This document shows, in pieces, positions 10,663 through 18,692 of a DNA stretch of 64,000 bases. Positions within the stretch are counted from its first letter, which is position 1. Every line of letters starts with the position of its first letter. This stretch comes from Escherichia coli O157 typing phage 7. The translations under genes and the position numbers were made by a program. A model generated the notes under the pieces. The model saw nothing but the letters and a program-made list of their open reading frames with translations, had not been told where the DNA came from and searched no databases. The stretch lies in sequence record KP869105, one strand, 5' to 3'.

Positions 10663-10937
10663 TCGAAATAATCTTCAATTTCGTAATCATGGACGTAAAT
10701 CATTATAGTTTTTAATACATCATCAATACTTTTTCCTGGAGCTGGAATTACATAAAAATATCCTGCTTTTGAGAGGTCTTTATAAGTTCCAACCAAGAAA
10801 TCGTTATTCTCAAGATGTAGTTCTTCAACTAATTCATTGACAATTGAGTGGTATAAATTTGGTAGAAACTTATATAGCTTTTCTAGAATATCAATTTTGA
10901 TTGTATATTGAACCACGGATTGAGAATCAATAATCAT
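10659..10937 (-). CDS. arn: Anti-restriction nuclease inhibitor Arn
   Basis: 92-aa acidic ORF, same length and position as T4 Arn (between asiA and motA). Confidence 0.85.
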   Translation of the reverse strand: MIIDSQSVVQYTIKIDILEKLYKFLPNLYHSIVNELVEELHLENNDFLVGTYKDLSKAGYFYVIPAPGKSIDDVLKTIMIYVHDYEIEDYFE

Positions 10938-11020
10938 AGACCTTCCCCTTATGTTTCTGTTTGCGATTAGATTCTTTAAACGCTTTCTTCTTATCCTTAT
11001 GAACAGAAGCTTTATTAAAA

Positions 11021-11239
11021 TTATGTTTTGCGACTAAATTGTTCATAGTGCTGAATTACCTCTCTTAAACATTTGCATGTGAATGAAAACTTTTTAGCTA
11101 CACCACATTCAAATATATGTTCTCTTAAATCACGTGTATCGGTATATCCCATCTCAACAATAAAATGCCGTATTAAATTTTTATCTTTATCATTGAGAGA
11201 ATTAAAATAGTCAGATTTTGAATTAATTTCCCTGGCCAA
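11021..11239 (-). CDS. Hypothetical protein (T4 arn-motA interval)
   Basis: 72-aa ORF in track; Cys-containing small protein. Confidence 0.55.
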   Translation of the reverse strand: MAREINSKSDYFNSLNDKDKNLIRHFIVEMGYTDTRDLREHIFECGVAKKFSFTCKCLREVIQHYEQFSRKT

Positions 11240-11519
11240 ATTGAATCACCTTCAGTTGACGTTTTAATTCTTTTATCATTTCTTCGTTCATCGCAATATA
11301 AAGATCGCGTAAAGCAGGTTTTAGCATTCCATTTATTGGAGAACTAAATGGACATACATAATCTTTTCCTACGAGCTTTTTGGTGAATTCCATATCACAG
11401 AACTTAAATCCCGGCTCATTGGTATAAATTCCCCAATTAGTTGACATCATTTTATTAGCATATTCCAGTGCCTGGATTTGATTCATAATTCCATCAATTT
11501 GAAACTTTTTAATATTCAT
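11223..11519 (-). CDS. Hypothetical protein (T4 arn-motA interval)
   Basis: 98-aa ORF in track. Confidence 0.55.
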   Translation of the reverse strand: MNIKKFQIDGIMNQIQALEYANKMMSTNWGIYTNEPGFKFCDMEFTKKLVGKDYVCPFSSPINGMLKPALRDLYIAMNEEMIKELKRQLKVIQFGQGN

Positions 11520-11980
11520 TAGTAAAGGTCCTCAGAGTAAAGTTCTTTTTCACTACCACCACGTTCAATACGTACTTGTCCAGCGTAAGTTGCAATAATC
11601 ATTGCTTCTTCACGTGTCCAATAATTACTATATTGGTCAATAAACCCTTGGTCATCATCACAAACTTGCTGAGTAACTAATTGAGGTTTAACTACATCTA
11701 AAACTTCTGCCATATCTTTAGAATAATGACGAGCACCTGGAATAACAAGAGTTCGTCCATCTTTTAATTTAAAACGATTAGCTGCACAGACAATTCGTCG
11801 TTGATACTTTTGGTTTTCATCCCAGTACGCAGTCTGCCAACAGATTTCAGGAACTTCTTTCAGAATATCTTCTTCTGTGCATTTATAACCATGCGCTTTA
11901 AATTTTTGAACAAGACTCTCCGGAGTCTCACGAGATAAAGGCACATTCAGCATTTTTAAACGATTAATAAATGGGTTCAT
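11519..11980 (-). CDS. Hypothetical protein (T4 arn-motA interval)
   Basis: 153-aa ORF in track. Confidence 0.6.
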   Translation of the reverse strand: MNPFINRLKMLNVPLSRETPESLVQKFKAHGYKCTEEDILKEVPEICWQTAYWDENQKYQRRIVCAANRFKLKDGRTLVIPGARHYSKDMAEVLDVVKPQLVTQQVCDDDQGFIDQYSNYWTREEAMIIATYAGQVRIERGGSEKELYSEDLY

Positions 11981-12306
11981 TTAAACCATCCTTTAATACG
12001 TTGCCACAAAGTTTTCTGCTGAGCTTTGTTAACACCAATTGAACGAATAACCGGTTGAGATTCCTGGAATTCTTTATAATCGGCAAGGTAAATTTCGTAA
12101 GCTGCATCCGTAAATGAACTTATCGCTGCCATAAAATTATTGCGAATACCTACTGGAGCATCTTTACTTTCACGAATAATCATGTATTTACCAGTCTTAA
12201 TCTTTACAATAGTTCCAAGATAAGCTCCATGGTACCAAATATCCCAACCCTCTTGAGTAGGTTCTGCGCAACGACGAAGTTCATTGACAATTTCTAACTT
12301 GTTCAT
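11977..12306 (-). CDS. Hypothetical protein (T4 arn-motA interval)
   Basis: 109-aa ORF in track, start overlaps upstream stop. Confidence 0.6.
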   Translation of the reverse strand: MNKLEIVNELRRCAEPTQEGWDIWYHGAYLGTIVKIKTGKYMIIRESKDAPVGIRNNFMAAISSFTDAAYEIYLADYKEFQESQPVIRSIGVNKAQQKTLWQRIKGWFK

Positions 12307-12316
12307 TATTTATTCC

Positions 12317-12952
12317 TCACAGTTCAGATGCTACAGTGATTACAGCTTCAATGTTTTCTACCGAGCGTTTAATGTCAAGATACACATTGCCGTTTTTAGC
12401 GATTTTACAAGACATTCCGATGTCAGTAAATTTCTGAATATGATGTTCCATCATTTTATATCCAAAAATTCGCATATTTCCATTGTTGTTAATTTCAAAA
12501 TTACGAATTCCGTGAGTGCGTTTTTCTAAAATAGCAAGATAGTTACTGCGATAAGTTTCAACCTTTTTAAGAACAAATCCATTTTCATCCAAAAGTTTTA
12601 ACATGAGGTCTTTATCTTCTTCCATATCAGAAGTAATCTCGCGAGCTTTACGAGTTGCTCGTTTTTTCAGCAGTTCCGGAGCATTTTCCTGTGCGTATAA
12701 AGTTGCTGCGTTTGAAATAATATCCTGAGCTTCACCTGTAATGATTAATCCATCACCAGATTTCTCCACCAGGCCTTTTTTAATCAATACCCCAATATTA
12801 CTATTAACTACTGCGTTACCTAAATCTGGATGCACCTCACGAACTTCTGCAGCTGTAATGAAATCTTTCTTAGCAATGGTAATTAAAATCGCAGCAGTTT
12901 TTTCATTCAGAACATCGTTAGAAGCTTTGATGATGTAAGTTACTTTAGACAT
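12317..12952 (-). CDS. motA: Middle transcription activator MotA
   Basis: 211-aa ORF matching remembered T4 MotA (MSKVTYIIKASNDVLNEKTAAILITIAKKDFITAAEVREVHPDLGNAVVNSNIGVLIKKGLVEKSGDGL...). Confidence 0.95.
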   Translation of the reverse strand: MSKVTYIIKASNDVLNEKTAAILITIAKKDFITAAEVREVHPDLGNAVVNSNIGVLIKKGLVEKSGDGLIITGEAQDIISNAATLYAQENAPELLKKRATRKAREITSDMEEDKDLMLKLLDENGFVLKKVETYRSNYLAILEKRTHGIRNFEINNNGNMRIFGYKMMEHHIQKFTDIGMSCKIAKNGNVYLDIKRSVENIEAVITVASEL

Positions 12953-12993
12953 TTTCTAATCTCCGTAATTCTGTATCAGTAGTTGATAGTTGT

Positions 12994-13023
12994 ATAGTAC
13001 CATAGAATGCTTTGGTTGTAAAC
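12994..13023 (-). promoter_or_regulatory. T4-type early promoter upstream of motA
   Basis: Minus strand GTTTAC-N18-TACTAT followed by conserved leader ACAACTATCAACTAC; A/T-rich UP region upstream. Confidence 0.6.
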
Positions 13024-13054
13024 CGTTTTGTGAAAAAATTTTTGAAATAAAAAA

Positions 13055-13074
13055 GGGAGAGCCTCGGCTCTCCC
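13055..13074 (-). terminator. Hairpin GGGAGAGC-CUCG-GCUCUCCC with U-run (minus strand)
   Basis: 8-bp GC-rich stem, tetraloop, followed on minus strand by TTTTTTATTTC. Confidence 0.55.
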
Positions 13075-13079
13075 TAAAA

Positions 13080-13229
13080 TTACTGCATGACTGTGATAAC
13101 TGTCATGATAACACGTTGAATTCCGAACGCAAGAAGACCTCCTGCTACGGCTGGAACAACACCTAAACCCGCCAGTAAAATGCTACCAGATACTAATGCA
13201 GCGCTTGTAATACCTATGAATGGACTCAT
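13080..13229 (-). CDS. Small hydrophobic ORF (49 aa) between 52 and motA (motA.1-like)
   Basis: Manually translated MSPFIGITSAALVSGSILLAGLGVVPAVAGGLLAFGIQRVIMTVITVMQ; ATG overlaps gene 52 stop (ATGA). Confidence 0.4.
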   Translation of the reverse strand: MSPFIGITSAALVSGSILLAGLGVVPAVAGGLLAFGIQRVIMTVITVMQ

Positions 13230-14554
13230 TTGATTTCCTCTAAATCTTTGGTGTATTCTGTAACTACATCAGTAGTTTTCCAATATTCGTTTTCTTCTTT
13301 TTTGGCTTTAGCTTCTTCAGCAAGTTTCTTCGCTTCATCGGAAGTCATATGAAAAATATTCATTCCGACTAGTTTATCAACATAAGAAGAATACATCTCA
13401 ATTTTAGAAAGTTCTTCGGTCAGTTCTTTGCGAGTTTTACCCTGTACAACAATTTCACCTGAAATTACTTTCTTAATGAAATGCGCCTTGGCAAAGGCTA
13501 AACGAAATGCTGACTCAGTTTCTTTGATTTTGTTATCAATTCGTTTTTGGACATAAGTTTTACGAACTTCAACAAAGTCTTTAATTAAATCGACTACGTT
13601 ATCGTAAACTTGTAGTTTTCCTTTCTCATTAATAACCGTAATATTCTGAGAACGACGCTCAATCAACCCGAAGTCTTTCATAATTTTTGCATGACGTTCT
13701 TCTTCATTATCGCTCAAAGAATATTCTTTGCGGAATTTAACTTTGAATCCAAAACCATGCTCACCACAAGCATCATCCCATGTAATGAAGCCTTTATCTT
13801 CAAGTGGGTCTAAGATTTTACTCACATAAGTTTCACGATCATACTTATACGGAATCTCAGTGATATGCATTTGAGTTCGTGAAGTAAACTTATATGTTCC
13901 ACGAATTTCATATTGCCCATCAATTTCAACGACTTCACCACGAAATTCTGGGAATTCTACCTTCGGTTTAGTTACTTTCTTTCCTTGAAGAGCTTGTAGT
14001 ACAGCTTTCTTGACAGAAGAAACGCTATGAGGAAGAATGTAAGTTGCATAACCAGTTGCAATACCGGAAACGCCATTAAGAAGAACAGTAGGAATAATAG
14101 GCAAATAGAAAGCAGGCGGAATGTGTTCTTTATCTTGATGTACCGGAGCATATTCAGTATCTTTATATACGTTATAGAAATTTTTACTTACACGAGCAAA
14201 AATATAACGACTTGCTGCTGCCTTTTGGACAGTACGAGAACCAAAGTTTCCTTGACCATCTAACAGAGGAAAGTTATTATTCCAAGTGTTAGCCATCAAA
14301 GCACCTGCGTCTTGTGCAGAGTTTTCGCCATGATGATATCCAAGGTCCGCTACACCGCCTGCGATAGAAGCGAGTTTGTGAAACTTATCTTTATTTCCTC
14401 GTGCCAAATCAAGAGCTCGAGCAATAACAAATCGTTGAACTGGCTTAAATCCATCAATCATATTTGGAATAGCACGATTTTCAACCGTGTACATAGCATA
14501 AGCCAATGCTTCATTATCAATGATACTTTTTAAATCGCGATTATTCAGTTGCAT
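13226..14554 (-). CDS. 52: DNA topoisomerase II medium subunit gp52 (GyrA-like)
   Basis: 442-aa ORF, same length as T4 gp52; GyrA-type N-terminus with PVQRFVIARALDL motif. Confidence 0.95.
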   Translation of the reverse strand: MQLNNRDLKSIIDNEALAYAMYTVENRAIPNMIDGFKPVQRFVIARALDLARGNKDKFHKLASIAGGVADLGYHHGENSAQDAGALMANTWNNNFPLLDGQGNFGSRTVQKAAASRYIFARVSKNFYNVYKDTEYAPVHQDKEHIPPAFYLPIIPTVLLNGVSGIATGYATYILPHSVSSVKKAVLQALQGKKVTKPKVEFPEFRGEVVEIDGQYEIRGTYKFTSRTQMHITEIPYKYDRETYVSKILDPLEDKGFITWDDACGEHGFGFKVKFRKEYSLSDNEEERHAKIMKDFGLIERRSQNITVINEKGKLQVYDNVVDLIKDFVEVRKTYVQKRIDNKIKETESAFRLAFAKAHFIKKVISGEIVVQGKTRKELTEELSKIEMYSSYVDKLVGMNIFHMTSDEAKKLAEEAKAKKEENEYWKTTDVVTEYTKDLEEIK

Positions 14555-14558
14555 AAAT

Positions 14559-14699
14559 TTACCATACTAGTGAATGTAGTGCCATAATAACATCAGAAAT
14601 GAAAAGCACGACTTGAATTAATCCGAACATTACTCCATAATATAGTGCTACTAATAAAGCAGCAAGGGCTAATGAATAGCCCAAGATTTTCTTAATCAT
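14559..14699 (-). CDS. Small hydrophobic ORF (46 aa) upstream of gene 52 (52.1-like)
   Basis: Manually translated MIKKILGYSLALAALLVALYYGVMFGLIQVVLFISDVIMALHSLVW; overlaps ac stop by ATGATTAA. Confidence 0.4.
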   Translation of the reverse strand: MIKKILGYSLALAALLVALYYGVMFGLIQVVLFISDVIMALHSLVW

Positions 14700-14844
14700 T
14701 TTTATTTAATAGCCAAAACAATAATAAAATTGCTAATACGCCTTGAGCTGTTGCTTGTAAAAATACTGAAGTTTCTCCAGTTATTACTGTTCCGGCGAAT
14801 AAAAAGGACCAGCAGAAAAAGGCTATACCATAAACAAATTTCAT
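14692..14844 (-). CDS. ac: Acriflavine-resistance small membrane protein Ac
   Basis: 50-aa hydrophobic ORF MKFVYGIAFFCWSFLFAGTVITGETSVFLQATAQGVLAILLLFWLLNKND with AGGAAA RBS; size and position between stp and 52 as in T4. Confidence 0.55.
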   Translation of the reverse strand: MKFVYGIAFFCWSFLFAGTVITGETSVFLQATAQGVLAILLLFWLLNKND

Positions 14845-14854
14845 ATTTTCCTCA

Positions 14855-14932
14855 TTAGCGTCCGAAGACGCCTTTAGTTTTAAAATTATTACGATAGAAC
14901 TGCATCACATGTTCGTTATGGAAATTACTCAT
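14855..14932 (-). CDS. stp: Stp peptide (suppressor of three-prime phosphatase; restriction-modification modulator)
   Basis: 25-codon [28 protein letters not shown] matching remembered T4 Stp; starts at TAATG overlap with ndd stop. Confidence 0.6.
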   Translation of the reverse strand: MSNFHNEHVMQFYRNNFKTKGVFGR

Positions 14933-15375
14933 TAATATGCCTGCAAAACGAATTTAAAGTTATCAGCCAACATACGGTTCATTTCTTCAAGTGTTTGATA
15001 CTCAGAATGATGATTACGAGTAAACGCTAAAGCTAACTGACCTTTACCAAATCCCGTCGTCAGAGGTTTCATCTTAGAAGCAGGCAGATAAAATACTGTG
15101 TATGCCATATTGTTATTTGCAATAGTACGCGCAAGCTGAGACCGGCGTTGACGAATATGACTTAGAACTGCGCTGAATCCTTGCTTAGAACGCTGATTAC
15201 CAACATAAAATCGTGCAGACACACATGAACCATCGAATTCACTTACTAAAAAGTAAAATCCAGGTTTAGACAAAATGTCTTTATGCGGAGTTCCCAAAAA
15301 CCACTCACCGCCCTTGATTGTACCAATAACAGTAGCGCCTGCATTATTTAGATCAGTAACAGTCATATATTTCAT
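14932..15375 (-). CDS. ndd: Nucleoid disruption protein Ndd
   Basis: ORF track 14932..15429 trimmed to ATG 15375 ([35 protein letters not shown]...) preceded by GAGGAAAT RBS; matches remembered T4 Ndd. Confidence 0.85.
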   Translation of the reverse strand: MKYMTVTDLNNAGATVIGTIKGGEWFLGTPHKDILSKPGFYFLVSEFDGSCVSARFYVGNQRSKQGFSAVLSHIRQRRSQLARTIANNNMAYTVFYLPASKMKPLTTGFGKGQLALAFTRNHHSEYQTLEEMNRMLADNFKFVLQAY

Positions 15376-15433
15376 ATTAATTTCCTCTAAATTATTTTCT
15401 ACTCCAAGGCCGCATGAATACGCGGCCATTAAA

Positions 15434-15649
15434 TTAATCGTCGCAGTCGACGCTCAATTCCCAAAACTCTTCTACGGTATAAGTTTCAGTATCATTTTCA
15501 ATACAGAAACGTTCATTACTGTTATTTGCTAAAGTAGCGTTAACTGTCGGTTTCTCGCTAGTGCTCTTAAGAGGTGAAATACGAATTAACTGATCACCGT
15601 TATCTAAACAGAAAATTTCACCAACTTTTACATCTTTAAAACTTTTCAT
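15434..15649 (-). CDS. Hypothetical protein (ndd-denB interval)
   Basis: 71-aa ORF in track with RBS. Confidence 0.55.
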   Translation of the reverse strand: MKSFKDVKVGEIFCLDNGDQLIRISPLKSTSEKPTVNATLANNSNERFCIENDTETYTVEEFWELSVDCDD

Positions 15650-15764
15650 AATTCACCTCAAGGAGTATAAAATCCAAATGCAGTTGTTGACCATCCCATC
15701 CAATATGGAAAATTTGCACCAATGTAAAACATAAGAATATAAAACCAACCGCTCAACAAATTCA

Positions 15765-15983
15765 TCATTTTACACCATTCCAAATTGTTTCAACTACGGA
15801 TTTTAAACCATTTTGATGAATATCCATTCCGACTACTGCCATCAAATAGATTCCAACTACAACTGAACCTAAGGCAAAAATCAGCATGAAAATGAATAAA
15901 GCCGGAAAAATATTATCGAAAAACCATTCAATAAATGTAAAAGCACTGCGTTTACGCTTCATATTTTCCTCACATAAATCCAA
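15765..15983 (-). CDS. Hypothetical small membrane protein (ndd-denB interval)
   Basis: 72-aa ORF with two hydrophobic segments. Confidence 0.5.
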   Translation of the reverse strand: MDLCEENMKRKRSAFTFIEWFFDNIFPALFIFMLIFALGSVVVGIYLMAVVGMDIHQNGLKSVVETIWNGVK

Positions 15984-16083
15984 AGTAAACGTTTAATACA
16001 TCAATCATTAAAACGATTGGGAATATACTCAAAACTATTAGTATTATAACTACATTCCATATAGCTTTAACAATCTTTTTCAT
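15970..16083 (-). CDS. Small hydrophobic ORF (37 aa)
   Basis: ORF track 15970..16179 trimmed to ATG 16083 preceded by GGAGGAACAGAAA; upstream part of track ORF is the early promoter leader. Confidence 0.45.
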   Translation of the reverse strand: MKKIVKAIWNVVIILIVLSIFPIVLMIDVLNVYFGFM

Positions 16084-16111
16084 TTTCTGTTCCTCCGTAG
16101 TTGATAGGGTA

Positions 16112-16141
16112 ATAGTACCACGGAAGAACAGTCTTGTAAAC
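16112..16141 (-). promoter_or_regulatory. T4-type early promoter
   Basis: Minus strand GTTTAC-N18-TACTAT, conserved leader, followed by GGAGG RBS. Confidence 0.55.
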
Positions 16142-16325
16142 AACTTTTTAAAAATATTCGTAATAAATGTGAATACCAATCACCACTGCTGAAACCTGTG
16201 CAACCCACCACGCACAAGCAATAAGTACAGAATTCAAAATTTTCATAATAACCTCATCACAAAAGTAAATGTTAAACAAATTAATGGAATACTAATTAAC
16301 CAAACGAAACACCACCATAATGAAC

Positions 16326-16589
16326 TCATAGCTCAATCTCAGCGATTTTCATTTCATTACTATTAATAGCCGCTTTAAGACTATCTGAAAGAATTACATT
16401 CCAGTGGTCATTCATATGACCATTAACTAAGCGTGTAATTTCTTCGGGAGTTGAAAAATAAGGCGTATCAGACTCCCAATGCGATAATCCTAAGCGAGTA
16501 TAAATCATACCTTCATCATCGCTAGAATATTCAACTGACACAAACTCATCAGTTATTTTATGTTTAGCGTAATAAAATTTAAATTTCAT
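16326..16589 (-). CDS. Hypothetical protein (87 aa)
   Basis: ORF track 16326..16682 trimmed to ATG 16589 (MKFKFYYAKHKITDEF...) preceded by GGAGGAGCGGAAA. Confidence 0.55.
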   Translation of the reverse strand: MKFKFYYAKHKITDEFVSVEYSSDDEGMIYTRLGLSHWESDTPYFSTPEEITRLVNGHMNDHWNVILSDSLKAAINSNEMKIAEIEL

Positions 16590-16617
16590 TTTCCGCTCCT
16601 CCGTAGTTGATAGTTGT

Positions 16618-16647
16618 ATATTACCACGGTCCTTGTGGTATGTAAAC
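16618..16647 (-). promoter_or_regulatory. T4-type early promoter
   Basis: Minus strand GTTTAC-N18-TAATAT with conserved leader. Confidence 0.55.
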
Positions 16648-16663
16648 CGTTTTGTGAAAATTT

Positions 16664-17221
16664 TTAAATGGAAAGATACCATCCGCTGTAGTTGCTTTTT
16701 CTTACAACTTTACGAAGGTCTTCTCTGTCACCGATGAACTTCGGAGTGTACTGGATGACACCTGGATGAATTTCTTTAGTGTTGAATATAATTATACAGT
16801 CAGCGACTTGATGATTTAGAATGGGCCCTAGATTTATTCCAGAACCATATGGATACTCTCCGCTGCATCCCGTTGTTACCGAAATCCAACGCGAGTCAGT
16901 TTGATGTGTCTTAACTTCTACACGAAGCCCGCAGTATCTTGGATGCGCCAATACATCCCATGCGTATGTATACGGGTCATTAACGTCCTCTTGGCCTTTG
17001 TTAACATACCCGCTTAGCCAATCTGCTACAAAAAACTCTGCGTACACCGCGATACGGCATCTTTCGATAACTTCTGCTTTATCCTGGTTCGGGTTTTGTT
17101 TTAAAGAGTATCTTGCTGTATCAGCAATTTTGACCTTCATTTCACTAGTCAAATCACTGTTCGATAGGGTAAATGTCGGAATCTGAAATAGTCTCTGTAA
17201 ACCCGGATTCGTTTTCTGCAT
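16664..17221 (-). CDS. denB: Endonuclease IV DenB
   Basis: 185-aa ORF, same length as T4 DenB, position between ndd cluster and rIIB; start overlaps upstream ORF by 68 nt (alternative internal start at 17140 possible). Confidence 0.75.
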   Translation of the reverse strand: MQKTNPGLQRLFQIPTFTLSNSDLTSEMKVKIADTARYSLKQNPNQDKAEVIERCRIAVYAEFFVADWLSGYVNKGQEDVNDPYTYAWDVLAHPRYCGLRVEVKTHQTDSRWISVTTGCSGEYPYGSGINLGPILNHQVADCIIIFNTKEIHPGVIQYTPKFIGDREDLRKVVRKSNYSGWYLSI

Positions 17222-17483
17222 TTAGACTTTCCTTTTTACCGCTGAGATAAGCGTTATATACTTTAAGAGTGCCGTAATAAATTCGGTCATTTTCATCTAA
17301 AGACTCACGGTCAAGTTCATCGAGTTCCTTTTTATCCATGACTATAACATCATTGCAATAAAGAAACCCAAGTTTTTTGTGTCCAAACTCAAATTTATTA
17401 CAGTACACAATATTAGCGTGATGATTACCATGTAGAGAAATTTCTTTTATGTCGGAATCACCGATATTCATACAATAAATCAT
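17154..17483 (-). CDS. Hypothetical protein (denB-rIIB interval)
   Basis: 109-aa ORF, RBS AAGGTGA, downstream of hairpin 17501-17516. Confidence 0.6.
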   Translation of the reverse strand: MIYCMNIGDSDIKEISLHGNHHANIVYCNKFEFGHKKLGFLYCNDVIVMDKKELDELDRESLDENDRIYYGTLKVYNAYLSGKKESLNAENESGFTETISDSDIYPIEQ

Positions 17484-17500
17484 AATTCACCTTAAAACAA

Positions 17501-17516
17501 AAGGGCCGAAGCCCTT
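17501..17516 (-). terminator. Intercistronic hairpin AAGGGC-UUCG-GCCCUU
   Basis: GC stem with UUCG loop followed by U-rich tract on minus strand. Confidence 0.45.
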
Positions 17517-17519
17517 ATT

Positions 17520-17714
17520 TTATTTGAATTGTGCAATTCTTTTCTCTAAACAATCTGCATAAGATTTCATTGAGATGAACTGTGAAAGCAGCAGTTCTTG
17601 CTCAACTGCACTAACCGTTAGAAACTTTGCGCTTTCTAAAAATTTGCTCAGTGCATTAATTTTGAGCATTAATTGATCGTATTCTTCTTTTACTCGTGCT
17701 TGATAACCTAACAT
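17520..17714 (-). CDS. Hypothetical protein (64 aa)
   Basis: ORF in track, RBS AAGGAAAAT, flanked by two hairpins. Confidence 0.55.
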   Translation of the reverse strand: MLGYQARVKEEYDQLMLKINALSKFLESAKFLTVSAVEQELLLSQFISMKSYADCLEKRIAQFK

Positions 17715-17728
17715 AATTTTCCTTAGTT

Positions 17729-17744
17729 AAGGGCCGAAGCCCTT
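17729..17744 (-). promoter_or_regulatory. Hairpin AAGGGC-UUCG-GCCCUU overlapping rIIB stop codon
   Basis: Same hairpin family; sits on the rIIB stop. Confidence 0.45.
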
Positions 17745-18681
17745 ATTTAAATTGTTCAGTAACGTCTTCAATTACTTCGTATTGGCAGGTACGCATTTTA
17801 GCGTCGTTGTAATCAATCGGAATTGATACTACATCACGAGGATGAACTTTAACTTTTACAACTCGGCTGGTTGAACCACCGAAGTGACGAATATAAGATT
17901 TAGAACACACATGCAGACCACGAGAACAAGTTTGTGTATCATCGTCATTCACACGAGTACGCGGCATTTTAACTACTTTACCAGGACTGTTATCAAAGGT
18001 ATTTGAGTGACAGTCAAAGTAATTATTGCGAACTACTTTCCAAGCATAGAAGTAACCATCTTCTGTAATTTCAATATCGTTTGCTACCAAGAAATCAAAA
18101 AGTCGAGATACCGCTTTCTGGCTTGGGTTTTCCAGCAGATTTTCCAAGAACGGAAAATAAAATTCAAAGTTTTCGCCTTTTTCCATCGAATCAAGAATAC
18201 GATCAACCAAACCAGACCGCAATTCAATATTTTGATAGAATAAGCTTCCACCTTCAATTCGAACATCGCCGGAAATATATTTTTCAACAGCGCGACGAAC
18301 ATTAATTTTTTGTGCCGCTTCTTCCAGCTTATCCGCTACAAGCAGATTGAGAATTTCCTGGAAGTTTGAATGAGTATTAGGTGTTGCATTATAAGTTACA
18401 CCATCGACAGTAATCGAAATGAATTTTTTAGATGCATTCCAAATAATGTCAGATTTAGTAACTGGAGCAATAACTGCATCGCTATTAACTTTAACTGTAA
18501 TATCACCGCTAATAGTAACTTTAGAGCGTTTAGCTTCTTCAGCATTTTTCAAAACACGACGGATTGTATCAACCGATACACCTTGCCAATCAGCCAATTC
18601 CTGCTGAGTATAATTACCGCTTGAATACAGTTTAACAATTTCAGCTTGTTCGTTTTTGGTCAGGCATTTAATATTGTACAT
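17743..18681 (-). CDS. rIIB: rIIB rapid-lysis/membrane protein
   Basis: 312-aa ORF, identical length to T4 rIIB; N-terminus MYNIKCLTKNEQAEIVKLYSSGNYTQQELADWQGVS; immediately downstream of rIIA. Confidence 0.95.
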   Translation of the reverse strand: MYNIKCLTKNEQAEIVKLYSSGNYTQQELADWQGVSVDTIRRVLKNAEEAKRSKVTISGDITVKVNSDAVIAPVTKSDIIWNASKKFISITVDGVTYNATPNTHSNFQEILNLLVADKLEEAAQKINVRRAVEKYISGDVRIEGGSLFYQNIELRSGLVDRILDSMEKGENFEFYFPFLENLLENPSQKAVSRLFDFLVANDIEITEDGYFYAWKVVRNNYFDCHSNTFDNSPGKVVKMPRTRVNDDDTQTCSRGLHVCSKSYIRHFGGSTSRVVKVKVHPRDVVSIPIDYNDAKMRTCQYEVIEDVTEQFK

Positions 18682-18692
18682 AATTTTCCTTA

